Origin: Bacteroidales bacterium
Lineage (GTDB): Bacteria > Bacteroidota > Bacteroidia > Bacteroidales > UBA3824
DNA length: 64,000 nt
Direction of reading: 5' to 3'
Assembly (NCBI GenBank): GCA_024401025.1
Contig: JAKSLV010000004.1
Span: forward strand, 23-64,022
Shown: in pieces, positions 20,485 to 30,050 of the stretch
Numbering within the stretch: the first letter of the stretch is position 1
Layout: every line of letters starts with the position of its first letter
Program-made: the position numbers and the translations under genes
The notes under the pieces: model-generated
Database searches by the model: none
Seen by the model: only the letters and a program-made list of their open reading frames with translations
What the model was told of the DNA's origin: nothing

Positions 20485-21501
20485 CTACAAATCCATATTA
20501 TTAAGTACCGAGAGCAGGGCGTCGTATTCCACGGGCACCACTCCCACCCTCTCGCACACCAGACCTCCGGCCACGTTGGCCACCTCGGATGCCATAGTGA
20601 TATCCATGCCGGCGGCTATGCAGAGGCTTACGGTGGCAATAACAGTATCTCCGGCTCCCGACACGTCGGTAACCTCGCGTATCATGGATGGGAAACGCGA
20701 ATAGCTGTGGCCGTCGCTCAGGAAAATGCCGTGCTCCGATAGTGTTACAAAGCCATACTTATGTCCCAGAATGTCGCGGAGGCGTTTCTCGGCCTCGAAC
20801 AATCCGTCGAAATCGGTCTTGGCTATGCTGGCTCCCACGCCCTCGCACAGCTCCTTGAAGTTGGGCTTGAAAACATCCACATTCTTGTAATGCAGGAAGT
20901 TGCGTTTCTTGGGGTCCACCAGCACGGGGATGTTGCGACTGTGGGCCAGCTCCACCACCTTGCCTATAAGGAAAGGCGTTATCACACCCTTGTCGTAATC
21001 CTCGAAAACCAGGGCGCTGATGCTGCGGCTGTCGATAATATCCGCCACCCTATCAAGCAGCTGCTGCGACAGGCTGTCGGAAATAGGCGTAGCCACCTCC
21101 TCGTCCACACGCAGAAGGTGCTGGCCTCCGCTTATCACGCGGTGCTTTATGGTGGTAACCCTCTCGGATGATTTTATGATGCCCGATGTATCCAGGCCAT
21201 CGTCCTGCATCAGCTTCATGAAACTGTTGCCGTGCACATCATCGCCTATCACAGAGCAGAGTATGGGATTAGCCCTCAGCGATTTTATGTTGAGGGCCAC
21301 ATTGGCGGCGCCGCCCATGCGCTGCTCGCGCTTGGTGGTGTTTACAATGGGAATTGGCGCCTCGGGCGATATTCGTGTAACGCTTCCCCACAAGTAGGAG
21401 TCGATCATGATATCGCCTATCACTATCACGCTCAGGTCCTTGAACCTGGCGAATGTGTTGTCGAAATCCTGTGTCAAGGTGAGCCTAGTTAAGTGGAACA
21501 A
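20485..21501 (-). CDS. PfkB-family sugar kinase resembling RfaE/HldE domain I (heptose-7-phosphate kinase-like)
   Basis: N-terminus SVIVIGDIMIDSYLWGSVTRISPEAPIPIV, GGAANVA, C-terminal GAGDTVIA. Apparent TTG start. 17-nt overlap with the upstream regulator. Confidence 0.6.
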   Translation of the reverse strand: MFHLTRLTLTQDFDNTFARFKDLSVIVIGDIMIDSYLWGSVTRISPEAPIPIVNTTKREQRMGGAANVALNIKSLRANPILCSVIGDDVHGNSFMKLMQDDGLDTSGIIKSSERVTTIKHRVISGGQHLLRVDEEVATPISDSLSQQLLDRVADIIDSRSISALVFEDYDKGVITPFLIGKVVELAHSRNIPVLVDPKKRNFLHYKNVDVFKPNFKELCEGVGASIAKTDFDGLFEAEKRLRDILGHKYGFVTLSEHGIFLSDGHSYSRFPSMIREVTDVSGAGDTVIATVSLCIAAGMDITMASEVANVAGGLVCERVGVVPVEYDALLSVLNNMDL

Positions 21502-22657
21502 CGTAATTCTCGACGTCCTCGCGAGTGATGGTGTCGGGGCAGAAAATTATAAGGCGCTCCAGCACGTTGCGGAACTCGCGCACATTGCCGGTCCAGTTGT
21601 ATTCCTTAAGTTTCTCTATGGCGTCGTCGGTAATCACCTTCTTCTTCTGATTGTACTCGTTGTTTATCTGCTCGTTGAAGTAGTCGGCCAGCAGAGGGAT
21701 GTCGTCCTTGCGGTTGCGCAGCGATGGCACCTGTATAACGATAACGCTCAGGCGGTGGTAGAGGTCCTCGCGGAAACGTCCCGACTGGATCTCCTCCCTG
21801 AGGTTTTTGTTGGTGGCGGCTATCACGCGCACGTCGGTGGCAATCTCCTTGTCGGATCCCACGCGCGAAATCTTGTTTTCCTGAAGCACCCTCAAAACCT
21901 TGGCCTGAGCGGCAAGGCTCATGTCGCCAATCTCGTCGAGGAAGATTGTGCCGCCCTGGGCAGCCTCAAACTTGCCTTTCTGTGTCTTTACGGCCGATGT
22001 AAAAGAGCCCTTCTCATGGCCGAACAGCTCGCTCTCGATAAGCTCGGAAGGTATGGCGGCGCAGTTTACCTCCACGAATGGGCCGTTGGCCCTGGGGCTC
22101 TGCTCATGAAGATGGCGAGCCACCACCTCCTTGCCCGAACCGTTTTCTCCGAGTATCAGAACGCGGGCCTCGGTGGGGGCCACACGCTGTATCATCTCCT
22201 TTACGTGACGCATGGCAGGCGACTCGCCCACCATAGGATATTTGTTGGAATTGTTGCGCACCTTCTGCTTCAGCACCTTGTTTTCTGCAACAAGGGCTTT
22301 CTTCTCGGTGGCGTTTTTCACTATCACCAAAAGCTTGTTGAGGTCAAGAGGCTTCTCCAGATAATCGTAGGCGCCCTTTCTGATGGCGTCCACAGCGTTC
22401 TCGAGTGTGCCATGGCCAGATATCATCACCACCGAAGAATCTATGCCCATCTCCTTGATGCGCACCAAAACCTCGATGCCGTCCATCTGGGGCATCTTGA
22501 TATCACACAATATAATATCAAACTTATCTTTCTCCAGTATCTTGAGTCCCTCGATGCCGTCGGCGGCCAAAACCACCTCATGGCTCTCGTATTCAAGGAT
22601 ATCCTTGAGAGTATTGCGGATCGAGCGCTCATCGTCGATAATCAGTATTTTTGCCAT
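21485..22657 (-). CDS. sigma-54-dependent response regulator (REC + AAA+), no C-terminal HTH
   Basis: REC motifs ILIIDDE and [14 protein letters not shown]. Walker [28 protein letters not shown] (GAFTGA equivalent), Walker [29 protein letters not shown]. The protein ends about 27 aa after sensor II. Confidence 0.85.
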   Translation of the reverse strand: MAKILIIDDERSIRNTLKDILEYESHEVVLAADGIEGLKILEKDKFDIILCDIKMPQMDGIEVLVRIKEMGIDSSVVMISGHGTLENAVDAIRKGAYDYLEKPLDLNKLLVIVKNATEKKALVAENKVLKQKVRNNSNKYPMVGESPAMRHVKEMIQRVAPTEARVLILGENGSGKEVVARHLHEQSPRANGPFVEVNCAAIPSELIESELFGHEKGSFTSAVKTQKGKFEAAQGGTIFLDEIGDMSLAAQAKVLRVLQENKISRVGSDKEIATDVRVIAATNKNLREEIQSGRFREDLYHRLSVIVIQVPSLRNRKDDIPLLADYFNEQINNEYNQKKKVITDDAIEKLKEYNWTGNVREFRNVLERLIIFCPDTITREDVENYVVPLN

Positions 22658-22776
22658 GGTTTGCTATATTAGAAAAATGTTTTTACAAAATTACAATAAT
22701 TATTATAACTATAACAAAAAAAATTAATAATTTTAGAAAATTTTTTTCGAGACATTACCAACAAAAGCAAACATTT

Positions 22777-23703
22777 ATGAGAAGAATATACGCCACGGGC
22801 GAAACAGTGTTTGATATAATGTTCCGCAACGGACGTCCCGAGGGGGGCAATCCCGGCGGATCGGTGCTCAACAGCGCGGTGTCGCTGGGGCGCCTGGGCC
22901 TAAGGCCCGTGTTCATGTCGGATTTCTGCAACGACATGATTGGCATGGAGATACGCCATTTCCTAGAGGAAAACGGTGTGGAGGCGCGTCAGGTGATTTC
23001 TGATACCGACATGCAGACATCAGTGGCCCTGGCCTTCCTGGACGAGAACTCCAACGCCAAATACGAGTTCTATAAGCAGAGGCCTCAGCAGCCCGACCTC
23101 GCACTTTTCTCGGCAGACTTCAGGCCCGACGACATTCTGCTGTTCGGCTCGTTCTACGGCATCATGCCCGAGATACGCGCAGGCATCAGCCACCTGATAC
23201 GGCAGGCCAGGCAAAACGGCGCAATAGTGGTGTACGACCCCAACTTCAGGCGTCCGCACCTGAAAGACCTGCCCCGCGTGAAAGGCTTCATAGAGGAAAA
23301 CATCAGCCTCAGCCACATAATAAAAGGCAGCGACGAGGATTTCGGCCTTATTTTCGGAGCTGATACCGCCGCCGAGGCATACGGGCGCGTAAGGGCCATA
23401 AACCCGGACGCCATGATGTTCTACACCAAGGGCAAGGACGGATGCGAGTATTTCCACAATGGCGAGAGCCGCAGCTGGAGCGTGCCCAAGATAGTGCCCA
23501 TAAGCACCATAGGCGCCGGCGACAACTTCAATGCCGGAATAGTGCACGGGCTGATACTAAACGAAATTATGGCAGCCGACCTCCTGGGCGGAGGCATCAG
23601 CTGCCATAAGATAGACGACATCGTGGACCACGCCGTACAGTACTCGCAGATGTGCTGCATGAGCCAGGAGAACTATATTAGTTGTCGATGTCGAAAGAGT
23701 TGA
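22777..23703 (+). CDS. PfkB-family carbohydrate kinase (fructokinase-like)
   Basis: GGNPGGSVLNSAVSLGRLG and GAGDNFNAG motifs. ATG at 22777 (residue 43 of the track ORF). Confidence 0.75.
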   Translation: MRRIYATGETVFDIMFRNGRPEGGNPGGSVLNSAVSLGRLGLRPVFMSDFCNDMIGMEIRHFLEENGVEARQVISDTDMQTSVALAFLDENSNAKYEFYKQRPQQPDLALFSADFRPDDILLFGSFYGIMPEIRAGISHLIRQARQNGAIVVYDPNFRRPHLKDLPRVKGFIEENISLSHIIKGSDEDFGLIFGADTAAEAYGRVRAINPDAMMFYTKGKDGCEYFHNGESRSWSVPKIVPISTIGAGDNFNAGIVHGLILNEIMAADLLGGGISCHKIDDIVDHAVQYSQMCCMSQENYISCRCRKS

Positions 23704-24259
23704 TGAATTTTCTTGCAGCCTTGTCGGAAATCTCCGAATTGGCCGAGATGGTGCCAAACTGGTAGTAGCGCTTGCCCACAAAGAAACTGCGCATCATGAT
23801 GTTGATGGTGTCGTTGAGGGTGCCGTTGAAAGAGAGGCCCTTGTTGCCGTTCAGGCGCTCCTCCTGTGTGGTGGCTACCGAGCTTCCGAAGTTCTTCATG
23901 AAGTTGTCGGCCTCGAGCTTAAGCTTGCTGTCGGTGTTGGAAGCTGTGATAACGCCTACAGGGTAGTCCTTGTAGATGGCCACATACATGGCGTTGTCTG
24001 ATACCTGGTCGATATACTGGTATACCTGCACAAGACCGGCGTTGTTTTTCTCCTCGGTGTATACAGGGCCCTGAGGGATGTTTACAAAGTTGATGGAGAA
24101 TTTTCCGTTCTCGGAGTGGAACGTCTTCTTCTCGCTGTTGTTGGAATTGCCGTCCTTATCGGTAACCGTGGTATGTGTGCGGTTTTGGTAAGTGGTTTCC
24201 ATACAAGAAGTTGCAAGCATAGAGGCAAACAACGAGGCTATAAGAACTAATTTTTTCAT
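23678..24259 (-). CDS. hypothetical lipoprotein
   Basis: Lipobox MKKLVLIASLFASMLATSC. 193 aa, no recognised domain. Its 3' end overlaps the convergent kinase gene by 26 nt. Confidence 0.55.
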   Translation of the reverse strand: MKKLVLIASLFASMLATSCMETTYQNRTHTTVTDKDGNSNNSEKKTFHSENGKFSINFVNIPQGPVYTEEKNNAGLVQVYQYIDQVSDNAMYVAIYKDYPVGVITASNTDSKLKLEADNFMKNFGSSVATTQEERLNGNKGLSFNGTLNDTINIMMRSFFVGKRYYQFGTISANSEISDKAARKFINSFDIDN

Positions 24260-24439
24260 ACTCTAACTAAATTTTATTGTTAAATTATTGGCAAATATAG
24301 AAAAAAATATCTTTACTTTGCATCTTGAATAAAAAAAACTAAATTCTTTTACTTAAATTCTTGTGGTATGGAATTTGTTTTGAGATAAAAAGGTAAAAAA
24401 AACAACAAACGCCAACCCAAGTAAAAAACATCATTAATT

Positions 24440-25045
24440 ATGAAAAAACTATCAAGCATATTGATAATGGCTCTTGTGATGATGATAATGAGCATTTCCG
24501 CAAGCGCCATAGGCATCGATCCCGAAAAGACCGACTCACAGTCGCAGTCGCCAATGGATGTATCCAAGAAAGAGCCAGAGCCTGATGTCTACTGGTTTTT
24601 CATCAGCATGCGCATCGATCCCAAGGGCAAGACCCTGGAGATCGTGAAGCCCGGCACCAAAATCACCATGGGCACCAAGAAGGGATTCAACAAGGCCGTA
24701 TGGTGGGGCATAGCACACCGACAGGTGGCCATAGGCCCATTCTACAGCGAGGCCGAGGCCCTAAACGCCAAAATCTACTACAAGAAATCCAAGGAGAAAA
24801 TCAACGAGCTGCCTCAGGCCACAGCACCCAGCACAATGAGCTGGTTCGAGGTCTCATTCAAGGAGCTGAAGCGTCTGCGCAGCTACGAGTATACCCACAG
24901 CCCCGCCGCCGTAAACGACGGATCGTCGGCAGAGTTTACTGATGCCCTGTTTGAGGGTCTCTCGTTCCAGCGCCTTTCAATAGGACCTTTCTGGGACCAC
25001 ATCCAGGCAGAGGAGGCCAAGAAAATCTACCGAATGAATGAGTAA
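24440..25045 (+). CDS. hypothetical secreted protein with two weak SPOR-like repeats
   Basis: Signal peptide. Internal repeats are ...VAIGPFYSEAEALNAKIYYKK and ...LSIGPFWDHIQAEEAKKIYRM. Confidence 0.45.
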   Translation: MKKLSSILIMALVMMIMSISASAIGIDPEKTDSQSQSPMDVSKKEPEPDVYWFFISMRIDPKGKTLEIVKPGTKITMGTKKGFNKAVWWGIAHRQVAIGPFYSEAEALNAKIYYKKSKEKINELPQATAPSTMSWFEVSFKELKRLRSYEYTHSPAAVNDGSSAEFTDALFEGLSFQRLSIGPFWDHIQAEEAKKIYRMNE

Positions 25046-25616
25046 GACAGGATTGTATTTCGGGTCGTTTAATCCCGTACACAATGGTCATCTGATGCTG
25101 GCCAACTATCTGGTGGAAAACTCGGAGCTGGATTGCCTGTGGTTTGTGATAAGTCCGCAAAACCCTTTCAAGGCCAAGGAATCGCTCCTGCCCGACTATC
25201 AGCGTCTGGAGATAATGCAGAGGGCCATCGACGGATACAGCAAGTTCAGGGCCTGCGACATAGAGTTTGGAATGCCCAAGCCGTCGTACACCATCGACAC
25301 GCTTACCTACCTGAAGGAGAAATATCCCACTCGCGAGTTTTTCCTGATAATGGGCACCGACAATCTGGAACGGCTCGACCGCTGGAAAAACTACGAGCAG
25401 ATAATCAGCCAGCACAATATAATAGTGTTTCCGAGAAACGGAAGCGACGGCGGCCCGCTAAAGGATCACCCCAAGGTACACATGGTGGATACTCCCATAA
25501 TAGAGGTTTCAAGCACCTTCATAAGGGAGAGCATCCGCAGCGGCAAGGATGTAAGATTCTTCATGCCGGAAAAGGCTTTTGAATACATCGACGAGATGAA
25601 TTTCTGGAAAAGATAA
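25038..25616 (+). CDS. nadD: nicotinate-nucleotide adenylyltransferase
   Basis: GSFNPVHNGHL motif, ISSTFIRE-like VSSTFIRESI, 192 aa. Confidence 0.9.
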   Translation: MSKTGLYFGSFNPVHNGHLMLANYLVENSELDCLWFVISPQNPFKAKESLLPDYQRLEIMQRAIDGYSKFRACDIEFGMPKPSYTIDTLTYLKEKYPTREFFLIMGTDNLERLDRWKNYEQIISQHNIIVFPRNGSDGGPLKDHPKVHMVDTPIIEVSSTFIRESIRSGKDVRFFMPEKAFEYIDEMNFWKR

Positions 25617-25660
25617 AAAAATGCCCTGAGGCTTCGTAACTGAAGCTTCAGGGCATTTTT
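25617..25660. terminator. bidirectional rho-independent terminator
   Basis: aaaaatgccctgaggcttc / gaagcttcagggcattttt: 19-bp stem with one mismatch, 6-nt loop, A-run and T-run flanks. Lies between convergent nadD and the ABC permease. Confidence 0.7.
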
Positions 25661-25681
25661 CGTAGAAATATTCATAAACCG

Positions 25682-27079
25682 CTATTCCCTCCTAAGCGCA
25701 TCCAGAGGATCTATCTTGGCGGCGCGGTTGGCCGGATAGATGGATGCCAGAATGCTTACGAGCACCGACAGCAGCACGGCTCCCAGCATCATCAGCCATG
25801 AATAATCGAAGAAATCTATGTTGCAGTCGATTATGCGCCCGATATGCGAGTTGGCCACCGAGCTGGCGGTCTGCGATGCCACAGTGCCGCACAGCACGCC
25901 TATAACGCCGCCCAAGAATCCTATTATGGCGGCCTCCAGATAGAAAATCATCCTTATCTGATGCTGGGTGGCTCCCAGCGATTTCATGATGCCGATTTCC
26001 TTCCTGCGCTCGTATATGGCCATTATCAGCGTGTTTACGATGCCCAGCACGGCCACCAGCAGCGCCACCGTGCCAATGGCGGCCAGTATCGAATCCAGAA
26101 TCATGAAAAGGCGCTCTATGTCGTCGAGCTTGTCGCCCACCGAGAAAACCTGGAAACCCATCTGCTCCAGCCTTATCTTCACGGCCTTCAGGTGCTTGTG
26201 TTCACGTACCCTGATGTGGGCGGTATTGTATTTTCCAAACTTGCCCGATGTGCCGTCCATGATGTCGAAGAGGTCCTGAAAATCTATCGAGGGAATATCG
26301 TGGATGGTTTCGGCAGGCAGGAAAAGTCCGCCGGCAAACATACCGGCCGTAAAAGAGTTGTTTTCCACCACGCCCACAATCTTCAGCTTTGTGGTCTGGT
26401 CTTTCACGGGCATTCCGCTGCTGCGGTGTCCCGTAAGCGATTCCAAAATCTTGTCGGTATCAAAAACTTTGGTAACAATCTCTATATCAGAGCCAAGCAG
26501 CTCGTCCAGGGGAATCTCGTCCATATTGTCGCCCACGGCAAAATTGGTGTTGTCGTCCTTTATGCGGATGTTCATCTGGGCCAGCAGGCTCTTGCTGATA
26601 ACCACCGACTGCTCCTCGTTGTCATCGAAAAAGCGTCCGCGCTTGATGGCGTTGAAAGGAGCAAAACCGCCCATCTCCACTGGCACGGCCTTCAGGTTTA
26701 CCCTCTCTGATGCTCCCATGAAACGCACGGAAGCCGGCTTCACCACCTCGGGAAACACCAGCGCCACCTCGGGCCATTCGGCTATCGCGTCAATGGTGGA
26801 ATCGTTAAGCGGCACCACCTTGCGCCCCATCACCTCCATGGCCGATCCGCGGCTGCCAAGTCCGTTGATGTCGATATCCCTGGCGCTCACCGTAAGGCCG
26901 GTGAAGATGTCGTTGGTCTCCAGCGACGACGAAACGTTTTCTGATATGCCCTTGCCAAACGAGAACATCGACGACAGCGCGCCTATGCCCACCGCCACAC
27001 CCAGTATCGTGAGTATGGTGCGCATAAGGTTTCGCCTAAGGTTGTTGCAGGCAAGCAATATTATGTCGGTAAGGTTCAT
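25682..27079 (-). CDS. ABC transporter permease, FtsX/MacB-LolE type
   Basis: N-terminal TM MRTILTILGVAVGIGAL, large periplasmic domain, C-terminal FtsX helices with ERRKEIGIMKSLGAT. ATG at 27079 (residue 108 of the track ORF) overlaps the ATPase stop (ATGA). Confidence 0.8.
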   Translation of the reverse strand: MNLTDIILLACNNLRRNLMRTILTILGVAVGIGALSSMFSFGKGISENVSSSLETNDIFTGLTVSARDIDINGLGSRGSAMEVMGRKVVPLNDSTIDAIAEWPEVALVFPEVVKPASVRFMGASERVNLKAVPVEMGGFAPFNAIKRGRFFDDNEEQSVVISKSLLAQMNIRIKDDNTNFAVGDNMDEIPLDELLGSDIEIVTKVFDTDKILESLTGHRSSGMPVKDQTTKLKIVGVVENNSFTAGMFAGGLFLPAETIHDIPSIDFQDLFDIMDGTSGKFGKYNTAHIRVREHKHLKAVKIRLEQMGFQVFSVGDKLDDIERLFMILDSILAAIGTVALLVAVLGIVNTLIMAIYERRKEIGIMKSLGATQHQIRMIFYLEAAIIGFLGGVIGVLCGTVASQTASSVANSHIGRIIDCNIDFFDYSWLMMLGAVLLSVLVSILASIYPANRAAKIDPLDALRRE

Positions 27080-27771
27080 TGGTTGGTGTTTTGTGAAATT
27101 TTGATAATCTCGCCGTCGGAGAGCAGCACGGTCTTGTGCGAAATCCTGTAGGCAGTCTCCTTGTCGTGCGTTACCATGATTATGGTGATCCTGTGCTTGG
27201 CGTTGAACATCTGCAGCAACTGTAGAATCTCGGCCGATGTGGCGGTGTCGAGGTTTCCGGTAGGCTCGTCGGCCAGAATTATCTTGGGCTTGTTGGCCAG
27301 GGCGCGGGCAATGGCCACACGCTGAGCCTCGCCGCCCGACAGCTCGCTGGGATAATGCATGGCCCTGTTGTAGAGGCCCATGTTGTAGAGCAGCTCGCAC
27401 GCGCGGGTGTCGCGCAGGCGACGGGGATAATTGCTGAATATCAGAGGCAGCTTAACATTGTCGATGGCCGTGCGCGACGGCACAAGATTAAACGACTGGA
27501 AAATCATACCCACGGTAAATTTCCTGTACTGCGATAGCTGGGCCTCATCCATCTCCAGGAGGTTTTGCCCATTGTAATACACACCGCCCTCGGCCGACGT
27601 ATCCATGCCGCCCAGGAGGTTGAGGAGGGTGCTCTTGCCCGATCCGCTCTTGCCCACTATGGACACAAACTCCCCCTCCTCCACATCGAAATTAATGTTG
27701 CGGAGGGCATATATCTTGTTGTCGCCTTTGCTGAAAGTCTTCGACAGACCGCTTACCTTTAATAGTGCCAA
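27076..27771 (-). CDS. ABC transporter ATP-binding protein (LolD/MacB-like)
   Basis: Walker [10 protein letters not shown], signature [15 protein letters not shown], Walker [16 protein letters not shown] start. Confidence 0.9.
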   Translation of the reverse strand: MALLKVSGLSKTFSKGDNKIYALRNINFDVEEGEFVSIVGKSGSGKSTLLNLLGGMDTSAEGGVYYNGQNLLEMDEAQLSQYRKFTVGMIFQSFNLVPSRTAIDNVKLPLIFSNYPRRLRDTRACELLYNMGLYNRAMHYPSELSGGEAQRVAIARALANKPKIILADEPTGNLDTATSAEILQLLQMFNAKHRITIIMVTHDKETAYRISHKTVLLSDGEIIKISQNTNQ

Positions 27772-27867
27772 TTTTTTTTGCTAAAATTTTGGCTCAAAGG
27801 TAATAATTTTTTTAAATTTACACCCAGAAATTTTCAACTAACAAAAAAAATAATTTTACATTACAAA

Positions 27868-28746
27868 ATGCAATTCAAGGACTACTACAAAATACTGGAG
27901 GTGGAGCCCAACGCCACAGCAGAGCAGATAAAGAAATCCTACAGGCGTCTGGCCATGACATACCACCCCGACCGCAACCCCAACAATCCCGAGGCCGAGG
28001 AGAAATTCAAGGACATCAGCGAGGCCTACGAGGTGCTTCAGAATGCCGAGAAACGCAAGAAATTCGATATGATGCGCGACGGCAAAAACAACACCGGCGA
28101 ATTCTACGCCAAAAACACCCGCAAGACCGACACCAAGGACGACGACGATTTCGGATTCGACTACTTCAAGAAAAAGACCAGCCAGTACTCCGACTTCTTC
28201 AACAACTTCTTCAGGAAGAGCGACCTCTTCAAGGGCGACGATTTTACGGGCAGCATCAGCATATCCCTGAAAGAGGCATACTTCGGCAGCAACAGAATCC
28301 TGAACATACTCGACAAGAAACTAAGGATAACCATAAAGCCCGGCATCAAGGACGAGCAGCTGCTTAAGATTCCCGAGCAGGGATATCCCGGAATAGGCGG
28401 CGGCCGCAACGGCGACCTCTATGTAAGGGTAAAAGTGGAGAAAGACAACATCTTCACCCGCCGCGGCGACGAGCTGTTCACCGAGGTGTTTGTGGACATA
28501 TTCACCATACTGCTGGGCGGCGATGTGCTGATAGCCACGCTAAACGGCGATGTCAGGATCACCATCCCCAAGGGCATAGAATACGGCAAGCAGCTGCGTA
28601 TCAGAGGCAAGGGAATGCCGGTATACGGCACCGAGGGCATGTTTGGCGATCTGTTTGTAAAGATAAAGTATTATATGCCCAAAAACATGAGCCCAGAGCA
28701 GATAGACCTTATAAAGCAGGCTCAGGAGATTGGCAAAAAGAAATAA
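27868..28746 (+). CDS. J-domain co-chaperone, CbpA-like (no zinc finger)
   Basis: DYYKILEV...YHPDRN (HPD motif). DnaJ C-terminal beta-sandwich [12 protein letters not shown]. No Cys-rich domain. ATG at residue 31 of the track ORF. Confidence 0.8.
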   Translation: MQFKDYYKILEVEPNATAEQIKKSYRRLAMTYHPDRNPNNPEAEEKFKDISEAYEVLQNAEKRKKFDMMRDGKNNTGEFYAKNTRKTDTKDDDDFGFDYFKKKTSQYSDFFNNFFRKSDLFKGDDFTGSISISLKEAYFGSNRILNILDKKLRITIKPGIKDEQLLKIPEQGYPGIGGGRNGDLYVRVKVEKDNIFTRRGDELFTEVFVDIFTILLGGDVLIATLNGDVRITIPKGIEYGKQLRIRGKGMPVYGTEGMFGDLFVKIKYYMPKNMSPEQIDLIKQAQEIGKKK

Positions 28747-28760
28747 AAAAACACCACAAG

Positions 28761-29363
28761 ATGAGAAAATTCATATTCCTGCTGATGCTGGCGATATGCG
28801 TTACATTCACCGGCAAGGCCTACGCGCAGTTCGAGGATTTCGAGGACGGCGGCCAGCACTCGGCAAACAACCGCAACGGAGGCGGCAACGGCGGAAACGG
28901 CCGCCTGATAGACCGCCTGAGATTTGGAGGCGATTTTGGTCTGGGATTCTCCAACAACGGATTTGCCATGAGCATAAATCCCAACGTGGGCTACCAGTTC
29001 AACCAATACGTAACCGCCGGCGTGATAGCCACTTGCGAATATTACCGCTACGGCGAGACATCATACCGCGCGGCGTATTCCAAGAGCAACTTTGGCGGCG
29101 GACTGTTTGCCGACATCTACCCGATAGATTTTCTGGTGCTGCATGCCGAGGCCCAGTACATCAACTATGACGACTACACAAGCTACAGCAGCTCTGACCG
29201 CCGCAGCGACATGCCAATCCTGATAGGCGGCGGCTATCACAGACGCCTCAGCGACCGTGCCGGCATCAACCTGATGTTTCTCTGGAACCTAAACGAGACC
29301 GACGGCCTCAGGTACAACACATCGTTCTCCAATCCCATAATTAGATTCAGCGTTATATTCTGA
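28761..29363 (+). CDS. hypothetical small outer-membrane beta-barrel protein
   Basis: Signal peptide ...GKAYAQ, Gly/Asn-rich linker, alternating amphipathic strands, C-terminal Phe (FSVIF). Confidence 0.5.
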   Translation: MRKFIFLLMLAICVTFTGKAYAQFEDFEDGGQHSANNRNGGGNGGNGRLIDRLRFGGDFGLGFSNNGFAMSINPNVGYQFNQYVTAGVIATCEYYRYGETSYRAAYSKSNFGGGLFADIYPIDFLVLHAEAQYINYDDYTSYSSSDRRSDMPILIGGGYHRRLSDRAGINLMFLWNLNETDGLRYNTSFSNPIIRFSVIF

Positions 29364-29947
29364 TGATGGAGATACTGGAATTCGTGATGCTGGCCATAGG
29401 ACTCTGTTTCGACACTCTGGCGGTTTCCATAGTGTCGGGTCCATTCATAAAGACACGCAAGGTGGCCGGATACAGCTATTTTGCGTTCATGATGGCCATA
29501 GTGCAGGCGGCGTTCATAGTGAGCGGCCTGTTTTCCGGCAAGGCGCTGGTGGAATACATATCCCAGTTCGACCACTGGGTGGCGTTTGCGCTGCTTACAT
29601 TCCTGGGCGTGAGGATGATACTCCAGAAAGAGGAGGAAAACGAAAGCCCTGATGCCGACCCCAATAAGAAACCCAGCGTGCTCAAGTTCGGTTTCCTGCT
29701 GATGTCGGGAGTGGCCACAAGCATCGACGCGCTGTTTGTGGGATTTGCGATGGGCCTGGGCATCAGCAGCAGCGACCTCATAACACTGCCGCTGATAGTA
29801 TTCCTGGTAACGGCGGCCACGGCGGTGATAGGCCTCACACTGGGCCACATGCTAAGCCGCTGGAGCAGCAAGTTCAACATCATAGGCGGCAGCATCCTGA
29901 TACTTATAGGACTCAGGATATTGATAACATCGCTGATGGAAGGATAA
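29363..29947 (+). CDS. mntP: manganese efflux pump MntP family
   Basis: Two DUF204 repeats (GLCFDTLAVS, SIDALFVGF), 6 TM, 194 aa. Confidence 0.8.
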   Translation: MMEILEFVMLAIGLCFDTLAVSIVSGPFIKTRKVAGYSYFAFMMAIVQAAFIVSGLFSGKALVEYISQFDHWVAFALLTFLGVRMILQKEEENESPDADPNKKPSVLKFGFLLMSGVATSIDALFVGFAMGLGISSSDLITLPLIVFLVTAATAVIGLTLGHMLSRWSSKFNIIGGSILILIGLRILITSLMEG

Positions 29948-29968
29948 TCCTACATACAACTACAAAAC

Positions 29969-30030
29969 ACAACAAACCCCGGAAAGCAGTCTCCAATGAA
30001 AAGGGAACTCACTTTCCGGGGTTTGCTGTT
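29969..30030. terminator. inverted repeat / bidirectional terminator between convergent genes
   Basis: caaaccccggaaag (29973-29986) pairs with ctttccggggtttg (30012-30025), plus an imperfect outer extension. The loop is 25 nt. Confidence 0.55.
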
Positions 30031-30050
30031 GTATAAATATAAGGTGTGTC

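Noticed and set aside
21407-22672. 421-aa + strand ORF.
   Set aside because: It is antisense to the sigma-54 activator, whose motifs are unambiguous. It has no recognisable domain.
23678-23703. 26-nt convergent overlap of the fructokinase-like gene and the lipoprotein gene as a possible antisense regulatory feature.
   Set aside because: Short 3'-3' overlaps are common. No hairpin or conserved element is visible, and an alternative earlier stop cannot be evaluated without homologues.
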